The notes below the pieces were generated by a model. It ran no database searches. It was not told where the DNA came from and saw only the letters and a list, made by a program, of their open reading frames with translations. Position numbers and translations under genes: made by a program. From an uncultured Gammaproteobacteria bacterium (GTDB taxonomy: Bacteria; Pseudomonadota; Gammaproteobacteria; Pseudomonadales; UBA5518): a DNA stretch of 44,117 nt. The DNA lies in contig CAIXOY010000310.1 of assembly GCA_903921135.1 (NCBI GenBank), forward strand, positions 1-44,117, in the 5' to 3' direction. Below, one piece after another: positions 20,311-29,740 of this stretch. Positions within the stretch are counted from its first letter, which is position 1. Every line of letters starts with the position of its first letter.

Positions 20311-21690
20311 TCAGAAGGCCTCCGCGCCGGGGAGCGCCCGGACCGCGGCCGCGAAGGCCTCGCCCCGGTGCTCGTAGTTGCGGAACATGTCAAAGCTTGC
20401 GCAAGCAGGCGACAGAAGCACCACGTCGCCGGGCTGCGCGAGAGCCGCGGCGCGCTGCACCGCTGCATCGAGGTCTTCGCAGTGCTCCACCGGACAGGCC
20501 CCGACCACGCCGTCGGCGATCAACGATGCATCGCGGCCGATCAGCAGGAGCACACGCGTGCAACGCGCGAGTTCCGTGGCCAGCGCACTGAAGTCATGCT
20601 CCTTGGCGATCCCGCCGGCGATCAGCAGGACCCGACCCGGCGACAAGGGCGACAGGCCCTGCAGTGCGGCCACGGCCGCGGCAACGTTGGTGCCCTTGGA
20701 GTCGTCGATGAACTCGACGCCGCCAGCGCGGGCGACCGGCTGGCACCGGTGCGGCAGGCCGCGGTAGCTGCGCAGGACTTCCAGGCAGGACTCACGCGGT
20801 ATGCCTCCGGCTTCGGCGATGGCGAGTGCGGCAAGCGCATTGGCGAGGTTGTGACGCCCGCGAAGCGCCAGTTCCCGCGCGGGCATGAGCAGAACATCAC
20901 CATGGGCGAGCCACTCCTCACCACCAGCTACGATTACGCCATAGCCGGACGCATCCGGCGCATCCAGCCCGAAACTCAGCTGGCTGCCGACAGGCGTTGC
21001 AGGACGTGTCAGCGGATCGGCACGGTTGAACACCGCGACGCGGCAGCCGCGGAAAATGCGCTGCTTCGAGGCCGCGTATGCGTCCATGCCGGGATAGCGG
21101 TCGAGGTGGTCTGGCGCGATGTTGAGGATCGCGGCGACGTCGGCGCGGAAGTCCAGCACGACATCGAGCTGGAAGCTCGAGAGCTCGAGCACATAAAGCA
21201 CGGCATCGGGGTCCAGCAACTCGAGCGCGGGCACGCCGAGGTTGCCGCCACAGCCGCTGCGAACACCTGAGGTCGCGGCCATCAGCCCCACCAGCGTGGT
21301 AACCGTGCTTTTGGCATTGGTGCCGGTGATGGCGAGGATCGGCGCCTTCGCTTCGCACCAGAAGAGCTCGATGTCGCCGTACACCCGTGCGCCACGCGCA
21401 GCGGCGGCCGATATCTGCGGTACCGCAGGATCCACGCCCGGGCTGAGCAGCACCTCCGTCGCGCGCTCCAGCAGATCGCCGTCGAAACCGCCCAGCTGCA
21501 GGCGGTGTCCGGGGAAGTCACGACGGAAAGCCTCGGCGAACGGCGGCTCCGCGCGGCTGTCCACGGCATCGAATGCGAGCCCCTGACGCGCAAGCCAGCA
21601 GGCGAGCGAGTAACCCGTCTTTCCCATACCCACGACGAGACGCCGCAAGGATGCGTCCTCGGGTCGTGAGTGGTGGGCTGGCGCTGACAT
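20311..21690 (-). CDS. murD: UDP-MurNAc-L-Ala--D-Glu ligase
   Basis: Motifs VVGMGKTGYS and GTNAKSTV. Two in-frame ATGs exist (21696 and 21690). GAGGA overlaps the mraY stop and has good spacing only for 21690, so I chose that; 21696 remains possible. Confidence 0.92.
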   Translation of the reverse strand: MSAPAHHSRPEDASLRRLVVGMGKTGYSLACWLARQGLAFDAVDSRAEPPFAEAFRRDFPGHRLQLGGFDGDLLERATEVLLSPGVDPAVPQISAAAARGARVYGDIELFWCEAKAPILAITGTNAKSTVTTLVGLMAATSGVRSGCGGNLGVPALELLDPDAVLYVLELSSFQLDVVLDFRADVAAILNIAPDHLDRYPGMDAYAASKQRIFRGCRVAVFNRADPLTRPATPVGSQLSFGLDAPDASGYGVIVAGGEEWLAHGDVLLMPARELALRGRHNLANALAALAIAEAGGIPRESCLEVLRSYRGLPHRCQPVARAGGVEFIDDSKGTNVAAAVAALQGLSPLSPGRVLLIAGGIAKEHDFSALATELARCTRVLLLIGRDASLIADGVVGACPVEHCEDLDAAVQRAAALAQPGDVVLLSPACASFDMFRNYEHRGEAFAAAVRALPGAEAF

Positions 21691-21699
21691 GTGCATTCC

Positions 21700-22782
21700 T
21701 CAGCGCAGCTTCAGTGTGGCGAGGCCGAACAGCACCAGCACCACCGTGATGATCCAGAAGCGCACGATCACGCGCGGTTCCGGCCAGCCTTTCAGCTCGA
21801 AGTGGTGGTGAATGGGCGCCATGCGGAAAATGCGCTTGCCAGTGGTTTTGAAGGAGGCCACCTGCAGCACCACGGACAACGTCTCCATGACGAAGACGCC
21901 GCACATGATGAAGAACACGATCTCGTGCCGGACGATGACGGCAATGACCCCCAGTGCGGCGCCCAGCGCAAGCGCCCCGACGTCTCCCATGAACACCATG
22001 GCCGGATAGGTGTTGAACCACAGGAAGCCGAGCCCCGCACCTGCCAACGCACCGCAGAACACCACGAGTTCGCCCGCCCCGGGGATATAGGGAATGTGCA
22101 GGTAGGGCGCGAATTCGGCGTTCCCCGCCAGATAGGCGATAACGGCGAGCGCGCCACCCACCAGCACGCTCGGCATGATGGCAAGGCCATCGAGACCATC
22201 GGTGAGATTCACTGCGTTGCTGGAGCCCACAATCACGAAGTAGGCGAGCGGCACATACAGCACACCCAGGGGAATGACGACGTTTTTCAGGAAAGGCACG
22301 ATCAGTTGCGTCTCGGCCGGCGTGACCGATGCGGCGTAGAGGTAGACCGCCGCAGCAAGTCCGGCCACCGATTGCCAGAAGTATTTCCAGCGCGCCGGCA
22401 GTCCACGCGGATTCTTCTCGATCACCTTCCGGTAATCGTCAACCCATCCCACGGCGCCGAACGCCACGGTCACCAGCAACACGACCCATACATAGCGGTT
22501 AGAGAGATCACCCCACAGAAGCGTGCTGGTGATGATGCCGACGAGAATCAGCGCACCGCCCATGGTGGGGGTGCCGGCCTTGCTCAGGTGCGATTTGGGT
22601 CCGTCGTCGCGCACGGCCTGCCCTATCTGGTTCTCGACCAGCAGGCGGATCATCGTGGGGCCCACCATCAATGTGATGGCAAGCGAAGTGAGCACGCTCA
22701 GGATGCCGCGGAACGTGAGGTACTTGAACACCCCGAAGGCGCTCGCCCATCCGCTCAGCCAATCAGCTAGCCACAGCAACAT
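21700..22782 (-). CDS. mraY: phospho-N-acetylmuramoyl-pentapeptide transferase
   Basis: Start [26 protein letters not shown] (ATG 22782) overlaps the murF stop by 1 nt (TGATG), with AGGAA 7 nt upstream. 360 aa; the track gives 399 aa. Confidence 0.95.
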   Translation of the reverse strand: MLLWLADWLSGWASAFGVFKYLTFRGILSVLTSLAITLMVGPTMIRLLVENQIGQAVRDDGPKSHLSKAGTPTMGGALILVGIITSTLLWGDLSNRYVWVVLLVTVAFGAVGWVDDYRKVIEKNPRGLPARWKYFWQSVAGLAAAVYLYAASVTPAETQLIVPFLKNVVIPLGVLYVPLAYFVIVGSSNAVNLTDGLDGLAIMPSVLVGGALAVIAYLAGNAEFAPYLHIPYIPGAGELVVFCGALAGAGLGFLWFNTYPAMVFMGDVGALALGAALGVIAVIVRHEIVFFIMCGVFVMETLSVVLQVASFKTTGKRIFRMAPIHHHFELKGWPEPRVIVRFWIITVVLVLFGLATLKLR

Positions 22783-24170
22783 CAGTGCGTTCCTGTACGG
22801 GCATCGCCCGGGTGGGTGCGGGTAAGTGCGGCGACAACCGCTTCCATTCCGGCTGAGCGCGAGCCCTTCACGAGGATCACGTTGCCGGGCGCATCGCATG
22901 CGCCTAATGAGCGCGCGAGTTCATCGCGCGAGGCGTGGATTTCGGCACCGCTGCCGAAGCCTTCCGCCACGTCGCCGGCATGCGGGCCGATCGCCAGCAA
23001 GCGGTCGATGCCACGCTCCTGCGCATAGCGCCCCATGGCCACGTGCAGTTCGGCCGCCTGGGGGCCGAGTTCGGCCATGTTCCCGAGTGCGAGCACGCGA
23101 AGGCCCCGGAAACCCGAGAGCGTGTCGATCGCTGCGCGTACCGAGCCGGGGTTGGCGTTGTAGGTGTCATCGAGGATCTGCGCCCCGCCCGAACCGGTGC
23201 AGCGTTGCATGCGACCGGCCGGGGCCTCGAGATCTGCAAGTGCCGAGGCGATGGCATCGGCGCGCAGGCCGAGCGCATGAGCCACTGCGGCAGCCGCAAG
23301 TGTGTTGGCAACCTGCTGCACGCCCGGCAGGGAGAGACGGATATCAGCCGCATCGCCCGGCAGTTCGAGACGGAAGCGTGCACAGCCTTCCGTCAGCCTG
23401 ACCCCGAGAGCCCTGATGTCGGCATCGGACTTGCCGGAGGCGCTGAAGCGCAGCACGCGACGCGGGGCGGCAAGCGCTGTCCAGTACTCCGCGAAGTCGT
23501 CATCCGCATTGAGTATCGCCGTGCCATCAGCGGGAAGCGCCTCGTAGATCGCACCTTTGGTGCGTGCCACTTCCTCAAGGCTCCCGAGGCGCTCCAGGTG
23601 CGCGGGCAGTGCATTGGTGAGCAGCGCGAGTTGCGGTTTCGCGATCCCGGCGAGATAGCCAATGTCACCGGGCTTGCCCGCGCCCATTTCGATCACGGCA
23701 TAACGGTGCTGCCGTTCGAGACGGAACAGGGTGAGCGGTACGCCGATCTCGTTGTTCAGGTTGCCACGCGTGGCAAGAACGGGCCCTGCTGTGGCAAGGA
23801 TCGCAGCGATCATCTCCTTGGTGGTGGTCTTGCCGGCGCTGCCCGTGAGCGCGACGACCGTGCCCGCGAAAAGGCTCCGGTGCAGCGCGGCGATCGCCCC
23901 CAGCGCATGTTCCGTATCGGAGACCAGCAACACCGGAACCGAGGCGCTGACGGGCCGCGAGCAGACCAGCGCCGCGGCCCCGCGTGACTGCGCTTCACCG
24001 ACATGGTCATGCGCGTCGAAACGCTCGCCCCGCAGCGCCACGAACAGATCCCCGGGGGCCACGGTGCGCGAGTCCGTGCAAACACCCTCCACCGTGCGAT
24101 CGCTCCCGCCGGCAGGCAACATCACGCCGAGTGCCTGAGCGATCTCGCCGAGCGACAGCGCGCGAATCAC
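22782..24170 (-). CDS. murF: UDP-MurNAc-tripeptide--D-Ala-D-Ala ligase
   Basis: 462 aa. P-loop [14 protein letters not shown] overlap with the murE stop. Confidence 0.95.
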   Translation of the reverse strand: MIRALSLGEIAQALGVMLPAGGSDRTVEGVCTDSRTVAPGDLFVALRGERFDAHDHVGEAQSRGAAALVCSRPVSASVPVLLVSDTEHALGAIAALHRSLFAGTVVALTGSAGKTTTKEMIAAILATAGPVLATRGNLNNEIGVPLTLFRLERQHRYAVIEMGAGKPGDIGYLAGIAKPQLALLTNALPAHLERLGSLEEVARTKGAIYEALPADGTAILNADDDFAEYWTALAAPRRVLRFSASGKSDADIRALGVRLTEGCARFRLELPGDAADIRLSLPGVQQVANTLAAAAVAHALGLRADAIASALADLEAPAGRMQRCTGSGGAQILDDTYNANPGSVRAAIDTLSGFRGLRVLALGNMAELGPQAAELHVAMGRYAQERGIDRLLAIGPHAGDVAEGFGSGAEIHASRDELARSLGACDAPGNVILVKGSRSAGMEAVVAALTRTHPGDARTGTH

Positions 24171-25639
24171 GGCGCCCTCCTGCGTGCGGCAAGCGCCTCG
24201 CGTGCGACGGCGGCATCACTGAAGGGGGCGCGGATGCCCCGGGCTTCCTGGTAGTTCTCGTGACCCTTGCCCGCGATGAGCACGCAGTCGACGGGCCCGG
24301 CCTCACGGACCGCGCGGAAGATGGCCGCGCGGCGGTCGGCTTCACGGATCACGCCCGCATCCGGGATGCCGCCACAGATCCCGGCAATGATCGCCAGCGG
24401 ATCCTCGCTGCGCGGATTGTCACTGGTCACGACGACCTCGTCGGCGTGTTCACGCGCCAGACGGCCCATCAGCGGACGTTTGCTGCGATCACGATCGCCG
24501 CCACAGCCGAACACGCACCACAACCGTCCGCGGCAGTGGGAACGGATGGCACGCAGGCTCTGCTCGAGAGCGTCCGGCGTATGCGCGTAATCGACGATGA
24601 CGAGCGGCGTATCACCAACGCGCTCCATGCGCCCGGGAACGGGCACCACCTCGCGCAGCGCAGCAAGGACGAGCTCGAGCGAAAGGCCACGCACCAGCAG
24701 TGCGCCGATCACCGCGAGGGCGTTCTCGAGGTTGAATCGGCCGATGAGCGGCAAGCGCAGTTCGCCGGTCTCCCCCCGCGCAAGGATGCGCGCGCGGATA
24801 CCGTCGCTGCGGAACTCCACCTCGGTGGCGCGGATGTCGGCGGCGCCGGATCCGAGCGTGAACCCGACACGTTCGACACCCGCCGGAAGCACGTCGTGGA
24901 TGCGCCGCCCGAAGGGATCATCCAGATTCAGCACGGCGTGGCGCAGGCCCGAATGACTGAACAATCGTGCCTTTGCGGCGCCATAGGCCTCGAGGCTGCC
25001 GTGGAAATCGAGGTGGTCGTGTGTGAGGTTGGTGAAAACCGCAGTGTCCACGTGCAGTGCATCGATACGCCCCTGCGCGAGAGCGTGCGAGGACACTTCC
25101 ATGGCGACGGCCTGCGCGCCGTCGCGGCGCAGCTCTGCCAGGAGACGCTGCAGGGTGACGGCATCCGGAGTCGTGTGGCTGGTTTCGCACAACCGGCCGG
25201 GAAAGCCCGAACCCAGGGTCCCGATGACACCGCAGGGCGTACCCGTATGCGCGAGTGCCTGGGCGATCAGCTGCGTGGTCGTCGTCTTCCCGTTGGTACC
25301 TGTGACCCCGATCACGCCCACACAAGTGGAGGGATCTGCGTAAAACGCTGCAGCGATAGCGCCCGCTCGCGCCGCGAGCCCCTCTACCGGCACAAGCGGA
25401 AGCGGCGTGCTCCCGGGCAGTTCCCGGTCTGCTTCCACCAACACGGCGACCGCGCCGCGGGCATGCACTTCGGCAAGGTGCTCCAGCCCGTCGTGCCTGA
25501 CTCCGCGCAGCGCGATGAAGGCATCGCCAGGCTGCACGCTGCGACTGTCGGAGCAGAGGCCGCCGATCGCAATCCCCGCATAGGCAGGCGGCACGGCCAG
25601 AAGTGTGCCCAGGGTACGGTGCAGCTTCATGGAGTTCAT
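24167..25639 (-). CDS. murE: UDP-MurNAc-L-Ala-D-Glu--meso-DAP ligase
   Basis: 490 aa. P-loop GTNGKTTTT and the DNPR motif (TSDNPRSEDP). ATGA overlap with the ftsI stop. Confidence 0.95.
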   Translation of the reverse strand: MNSMKLHRTLGTLLAVPPAYAGIAIGGLCSDSRSVQPGDAFIALRGVRHDGLEHLAEVHARGAVAVLVEADRELPGSTPLPLVPVEGLAARAGAIAAAFYADPSTCVGVIGVTGTNGKTTTTQLIAQALAHTGTPCGVIGTLGSGFPGRLCETSHTTPDAVTLQRLLAELRRDGAQAVAMEVSSHALAQGRIDALHVDTAVFTNLTHDHLDFHGSLEAYGAAKARLFSHSGLRHAVLNLDDPFGRRIHDVLPAGVERVGFTLGSGAADIRATEVEFRSDGIRARILARGETGELRLPLIGRFNLENALAVIGALLVRGLSLELVLAALREVVPVPGRMERVGDTPLVIVDYAHTPDALEQSLRAIRSHCRGRLWCVFGCGGDRDRSKRPLMGRLAREHADEVVVTSDNPRSEDPLAIIAGICGGIPDAGVIREADRRAAIFRAVREAGPVDCVLIAGKGHENYQEARGIRAPFSDAAVAREALAARRRAP

Positions 25640-27366
25640 GTGCCGGCGCCTGGCGCGGATTGCACCGCGACCTGCATCTTCTGGAGGTCGTCCGGCGGCA
25701 CGTTGAGAAGCCGCAGCGCACCTCTCACAACGGAGGAGAACACCGGCGCCGAGACCGCACCGCCGTAGTACACGCCACCGCGCGGGTCGGTAATGACGAC
25801 CACGCCGACGATGCGCGGATCACTCGCGGGCGCGAAGCCGGCAAAGAGTGACTGGTAGCTGTCGGCCTTGTAGCCCTCCTTTCCGCCCGAGCGGTGGACG
25901 GTGCCTGTCTTGCCCGCAACGCGATAGCCGCGGATCGCCCCCTTGGAAGCAGTGCCGCCTGTCTGCGTGACCGTCTCCATCATCGCGACAACCTGCTTCA
26001 CGTGTTCCTCCGGAAACACCTGCGTCGCGGGAGGCACGTCCGTCAGCTTGAGCAGTTTCACCGGTCGGGATTTCCCGCTGTTTGCCAGGGTGAGGTAGGC
26101 GCGGGCGAGTTGCAGCGGCGTCACGGAGAGCCCGTAGCCGAAGGCAAAGGTGGCACGGGTGAGGTCATCCCAGCGACGCGGCGACGGGAACTTGCCCGAG
26201 ACCTCGCCCTTCAGGCCCTCTCCGATCGGCTGCCCGAAGCCGGCCGAACTGAAGTTGTGGTGGATGGTTTCGGGATCGAGCGAGAGGGCGATCTTGATGG
26301 TGCCGACCTGACTCGACTTCGTGATGACCGTGGTAACGGGAATCACGCCGAGGCTGTGGTGGTCACGGATGGTCTTGCGCCCGACACGGATATAGCCGGG
26401 GCTCGTATCGATCATGGTTTCAGGGGTGTACTTGCCGCTCTCCAGCCCTGTCAGGACGGTGAAGGGTTTTACGGTCGAGCCGGGCTCGGTGATGTCCGTG
26501 ACCACGCGGTTGCGGACCGGCTCTCCCACGACCGTGCTGCGGTTGTTGGGGTTGTAGGAGGGATAATTGGTCATCGCCAGCACCTCGCCGGTGCGGGCAT
26601 CGAGCAGGACGATGCTGCCGGATTCCGCCTTCATGGCTTCGACCGCTTTCTTCAACTCTCGGTACGCGAGGTACTGGATCCGGAGGTCGATGCCGAGGTC
26701 CAGTTCGCGGCCCGGACGCGCCGGCGCCAATTCCTGCACGTCACGGATGACATGGCTGTACCGGTCCTTGATCACCCGCTTGCGTCCGGGGACGCCGACG
26801 AGCCAATCCTCGTAGGTGGCCTCCACGCCCTCCTGCCCCTTGCCGTCCAAGTCGGTCAGCCCGACCAGGTGCGCCGCCACCGGGCCAGCGGGGTAGAAGC
26901 GCTGGTATTCGCGCTTGCTGCTGATGCCGGGGATCTGGAGATCCATGACCCTGTCCGCGTCTGCCGGGTTCATGTGTCTTCGCAGATATACGAATTTCCG
27001 GGAGGCGTTGGCCGAAAGCCGGTCTTTCAGCAGTTGGGGGCTGGTGCCGAGAGCCGCGGCGAGCGGCGCCCATTGCGACTCCGCGACGACGAGCTCCTGC
27101 GGATTGGCGCTGAGCGTCTGCAACGGCGTGCTCACGGCAAGCGGTTCGCCATTGCGGTCGTTGATGATGCCCCGGTGCGCGGGAATCTCCTCGTCGCGCA
27201 GGGCCCTCGCGTCACCCTGGTCCTGCAGGAAGCGGTAGCCACGCTCGGTATCGAGCAGTTGCAGGGACACGAGTCGCCAGACGAGCAGGAACGCCAGAGC
27301 GCACAGCGCCAGCGCGAGCGCCCGGAAGCGCCAGCCGTGGAAGGTGGAGGTCTCGCGCTGTTTCAT
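25636..27366 (-). CDS. ftsI: peptidoglycan D,D-transpeptidase FtsI (PBP3)
   Basis: Start MKQRETSTFHGWRFRALALALCALAF (ATG 27366, ATGA overlap with the ftsL stop). Motifs SxxK (STVKP) and KTGT. 576 aa; the track gives 616 aa. Confidence 0.95.
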   Translation of the reverse strand: MKQRETSTFHGWRFRALALALCALAFLLVWRLVSLQLLDTERGYRFLQDQGDARALRDEEIPAHRGIINDRNGEPLAVSTPLQTLSANPQELVVAESQWAPLAAALGTSPQLLKDRLSANASRKFVYLRRHMNPADADRVMDLQIPGISSKREYQRFYPAGPVAAHLVGLTDLDGKGQEGVEATYEDWLVGVPGRKRVIKDRYSHVIRDVQELAPARPGRELDLGIDLRIQYLAYRELKKAVEAMKAESGSIVLLDARTGEVLAMTNYPSYNPNNRSTVVGEPVRNRVVTDITEPGSTVKPFTVLTGLESGKYTPETMIDTSPGYIRVGRKTIRDHHSLGVIPVTTVITKSSQVGTIKIALSLDPETIHHNFSSAGFGQPIGEGLKGEVSGKFPSPRRWDDLTRATFAFGYGLSVTPLQLARAYLTLANSGKSRPVKLLKLTDVPPATQVFPEEHVKQVVAMMETVTQTGGTASKGAIRGYRVAGKTGTVHRSGGKEGYKADSYQSLFAGFAPASDPRIVGVVVITDPRGGVYYGGAVSAPVFSSVVRGALRLLNVPPDDLQKMQVAVQSAPGAGT

Positions 27367-27671
27367 TCGGCCACCGTGACGGGTATCTCTGTCACCGGGA
27401 GCGCCATCTGCAGCTGCTCGGCCGCGATCTGCTCCACGCGCGCGTGCGACGAGAGCGTGCTGCGCTCGAGCAGCAACTGACGCCACTCGATCTGTATGTC
27501 GTTCTCCTCGCGACGCGCCTGCTCGAGCGTGCGGAAGAGCTCCCTCGAGCGGTGTGCGGTGTAGATGACACCTATTGCGGAGGCGATCACGGCCAGGGCA
27601 AGCACGGCAGTGATCCAGGGCCTGCGCGTCGCGGGAACGGGCGCGGCAGCTTCTGCCTTGCGCTCAGCCAT
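27363..27671 (-). CDS. ftsL: cell division protein FtsL
   Basis: Start MAERKAEAAAP (ATG 27671) overlaps the rsmH 3' end by 8 nt. Single TM ITAVLALAVIASAIGVIY followed by a leucine-zipper-like coiled coil. 102 aa. Confidence 0.85.
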   Translation of the reverse strand: MAERKAEAAAPVPATRRPWITAVLALAVIASAIGVIYTAHRSRELFRTLEQARREENDIQIEWRQLLLERSTLSSHARVEQIAAEQLQMALPVTEIPVTVAE

Positions 27672-28593
27672 GACGCGCACCCCCTGCAGGAAGCCGCTCG
27701 GCAACACGCATCACGGCACTGCGCGCACGCGGGTTCTCTCGCAGTTCCGCCTCGCCCGCATGGATCGCGCGTCCGATGGCACGCAGCCGGGGGCGCATCG
27801 ACTCGGGGAGACCGGGCATACCGGGTTCACGCGCGTTGTCGCGGATGAACCGCTTGACCATGCGGTCTTCAAGCGAATGGAAGCTGATGACCACGAGGCG
27901 CCCGCCGGGCTTGAGGGCGTCGACCGCCTGCTCCAGAACCGATGCAAGAGCCTCGAGTTCGGCGTTGATGAAGATGCGGATGGCCTGGAACGCCCTCGTC
28001 GCGGGGTGCTTGTCGCGCTCCCATGCGGGATTCGCCTCCGTAACGATGGCCGACAGGCGGGCTGTTGTGTCGATGGGCGCCAGCTTGCGCTCGCGCACGA
28101 TCGCGGCGGCCATACGGCGGGCGAAGCGCTCCTCGCCGTACTCGCGCAGAACCTGTTCGATATCGCCTTCCCGCGCCGTAGCGAGCCACCTGGCGGCACT
28201 CTGGCCGCTCGAGGGATCCATGCGCATGTCGAGCGGCCCATCACGCAGAAAACTGAATCCGCGCGCAGGGTCGTCAAGCTGTGGCGAGGAAACACCGAGG
28301 TCGAGCAGGACACCGTGCACACCGTCAACCATGCCCTTCGCTGCCAGAATGCGGGACAGGGCATCGAAGCGCGCCTGCTCGAAACAGACGCGCGGATCGT
28401 CGGCGAAGCAGGATTTCCCGTGGGCGATGGCTTCGGGGTCACGGTCGATCGCCAGAAGACTGGCACCGGCGGCAAGCCGTGACAGCAGCTCACCGGAGTG
28501 GCCGCCGCGTCCGAAGGTGGCGTCGACATATCGCCCGACGGGATCGGTCACGAGGTACTCCATGGCCTCCTGCAGCAAAACCGGCTTGTGCAT
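27664..28593 (-). CDS. rsmH: 16S rRNA m4C1402 methyltransferase
   Basis: 309 aa. N-terminal region MHKPVLLQEAMEYL...DATFGRGGHS. Confidence 0.96.
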   Translation of the reverse strand: MHKPVLLQEAMEYLVTDPVGRYVDATFGRGGHSGELLSRLAAGASLLAIDRDPEAIAHGKSCFADDPRVCFEQARFDALSRILAAKGMVDGVHGVLLDLGVSSPQLDDPARGFSFLRDGPLDMRMDPSSGQSAARWLATAREGDIEQVLREYGEERFARRMAAAIVRERKLAPIDTTARLSAIVTEANPAWERDKHPATRAFQAIRIFINAELEALASVLEQAVDALKPGGRLVVISFHSLEDRMVKRFIRDNAREPGMPGLPESMRPRLRAIGRAIHAGEAELRENPRARSAVMRVAERLPAGGARHG

Positions 28594-28620
28594 ATCGCCC
28601 CACTACTGGACGACCGGGGC

Positions 28621-29076
28621 TCAGAGCGCCAGTCGCCGCATCTCCTCGGGCATTGCGCCATCCCCGGCCGCCAGCTCGAGCCACTTGTCGCGCTCTGCCA
28701 GCCAGGTGTCCTCGTCCCACAACTCCATCTTGTTGCCCTGCCCGACCAGCACGGCGCGCTTGTCGAGGCGCGCGTAGTCACGCAGCGCGGGCGGCACCAG
28801 CATCCGGCCGCTGGCATCGCACTCGAGGTCGCTGGCGTAACCGATCAGCAACCTCTGGAAACGGCGAACGACGGGGTCGAGCGTGGGTAACTGCTGGATC
28901 TGGGTTTGCAACTCTTCCCAGACCGGAAGGGGGTAAAGCAGGAGGCAGCGACTCTGGGTATCGATGGTCGCGACCAGTTCACCGTCGCACAGCGACTGCA
29001 GCCGCTCGCGCTGACGCGCGGGCATCGCAAGACGCCCTTTGGCGTCGATGCTGAGATGGTGAACACCACGAAACAC
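28621..29076 (-). CDS. mraZ: transcriptional regulator MraZ
   Basis: The conserved N-terminus (M)FRGVHHLSIDAKGRLAMP begins at GTG 29076, giving 151 aa, the usual MraZ size. Two DxxGR repeats are present (IDAKGRLAMP, CDASGRMLVP). The track's 177-aa version extends through the promoter and operator and is rejected. Confidence 0.9.
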   Translation of the reverse strand: MFRGVHHLSIDAKGRLAMPARQRERLQSLCDGELVATIDTQSRCLLLYPLPVWEELQTQIQQLPTLDPVVRRFQRLLIGYASDLECDASGRMLVPPALRDYARLDKRAVLVGQGNKMELWDEDTWLAERDKWLELAAGDGAMPEEMRRLAL

Positions 29077-29119
29077 GTCTGCTTGCTTCCCCGGAAATGG
29101 GATGAAGGGGCTCTTTTCG

Positions 29120-29148
29120 CCCACTTTCATCCACTTTGACCCACTTTT
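29120..29148 (-). promoter_or_regulatory. MraZ operator: three direct AAAGTGG(G/A) repeats at 10-bp spacing
   Basis: The minus strand reads AAAAGTGGGT CAAAGTGGAT GAAAGTGGGC. GTGGG/GTGGA/GTGGG cores sit at 29144..29140, 29134..29130 and 29124..29120. The repeats lie immediately downstream of the -10 box and about 45-70 nt upstream of the mraZ GTG. Confidence 0.6.
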
Positions 29149-29152
29149 CGAC

Positions 29153-29182
29153 ACTATATGGATGGCGGAAACAGGGTGTCAA
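29153..29182 (-). promoter_or_regulatory. Pmra-like sigma70 promoter (TTGACA-N18-TATAGT)
   Basis: On the minus strand, a perfect -35 TTGACA (29182..29177), an 18-nt spacer, then TATAGT (29158..29153). The AT-rich island lies upstream of it and the MraZ repeats lie directly downstream. Confidence 0.6.
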
Positions 29183-29294
29183 GCCGCGGAGCAAGCGGTT
29201 TTTCTTTTGTAAAACAATGGGATAGAACATCAAGCGCGACCGCCATGAATCCAGGATCAGCACATGGCGACCCAGAACATATGGCTGCACCAGC

Positions 29295-29365
29295 AACTTA
29301 AAGTAAGTTGTGAGTATCTAGAATATTTATTCTCGAATTCGAGATCTTTTATTCTTTTACGATCT
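29295..29365. repeat. AT-rich island carrying four short palindromes
   Basis: The palindromes are AACTTA-aag-TAAGTT (29295..29309), AGAATA-tt-TATTCT (29320..29333), a perfect 14-mer TCTCGAATTCGAGA (29331..29344) and AGATC-N14-GATCT (29342..29365). This stands out sharply against the GC-rich background. Confidence 0.6.
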
Positions 29366-29369
29366 GAAA

Positions 29370-29725
<356 letters not shown>

Positions 29726-29731
29726 CGGCGG

Positions 29732-29740
29732 AGTATATCA
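29732..29740 (-). promoter_or_regulatory. candidate extended -10 promoter of rnpB (TGaTATACT) overlapping the rsmI stop codon
   Basis: The minus strand reads ...cgc TGA TATACT ccgccg G. The TG of the rsmI stop, one further nt, then TATACT (29737..29732) form a TGnTAtAcT extended -10. Six nt later comes G 29725, the first base of the P1 helix. The -35 region is poor. Confidence 0.45.

Noticed and set aside
23984-27480. 594-aa and 528-aa plus-strand ORFs opposite murE/murF and ftsI
   Set aside because: They are antisense to conserved genes with a low-complexity Arg/Ala/Gly/Asp composition. No support as real genes.
28621-29154. 177-aa version of mraZ from the ORF track
   Set aside because: The extra 26 codons cover the -10 box and the three MraZ-box repeats, and they are not found in MraZ homologues. 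GTG 29076 gives the canonical (M)FRG... N-terminus and canonical length.
29331-29344. Perfect 14-bp palindrome containing an EcoRI site, considered as a restriction-modification or IS terminal-repeat signature
   Set aside because: There is no methyltransferase, endonuclease or transposase gene nearby and no second copy in the window. It is more simply part of the rnpB 3' / Pmra upstream AT-rich spacer.
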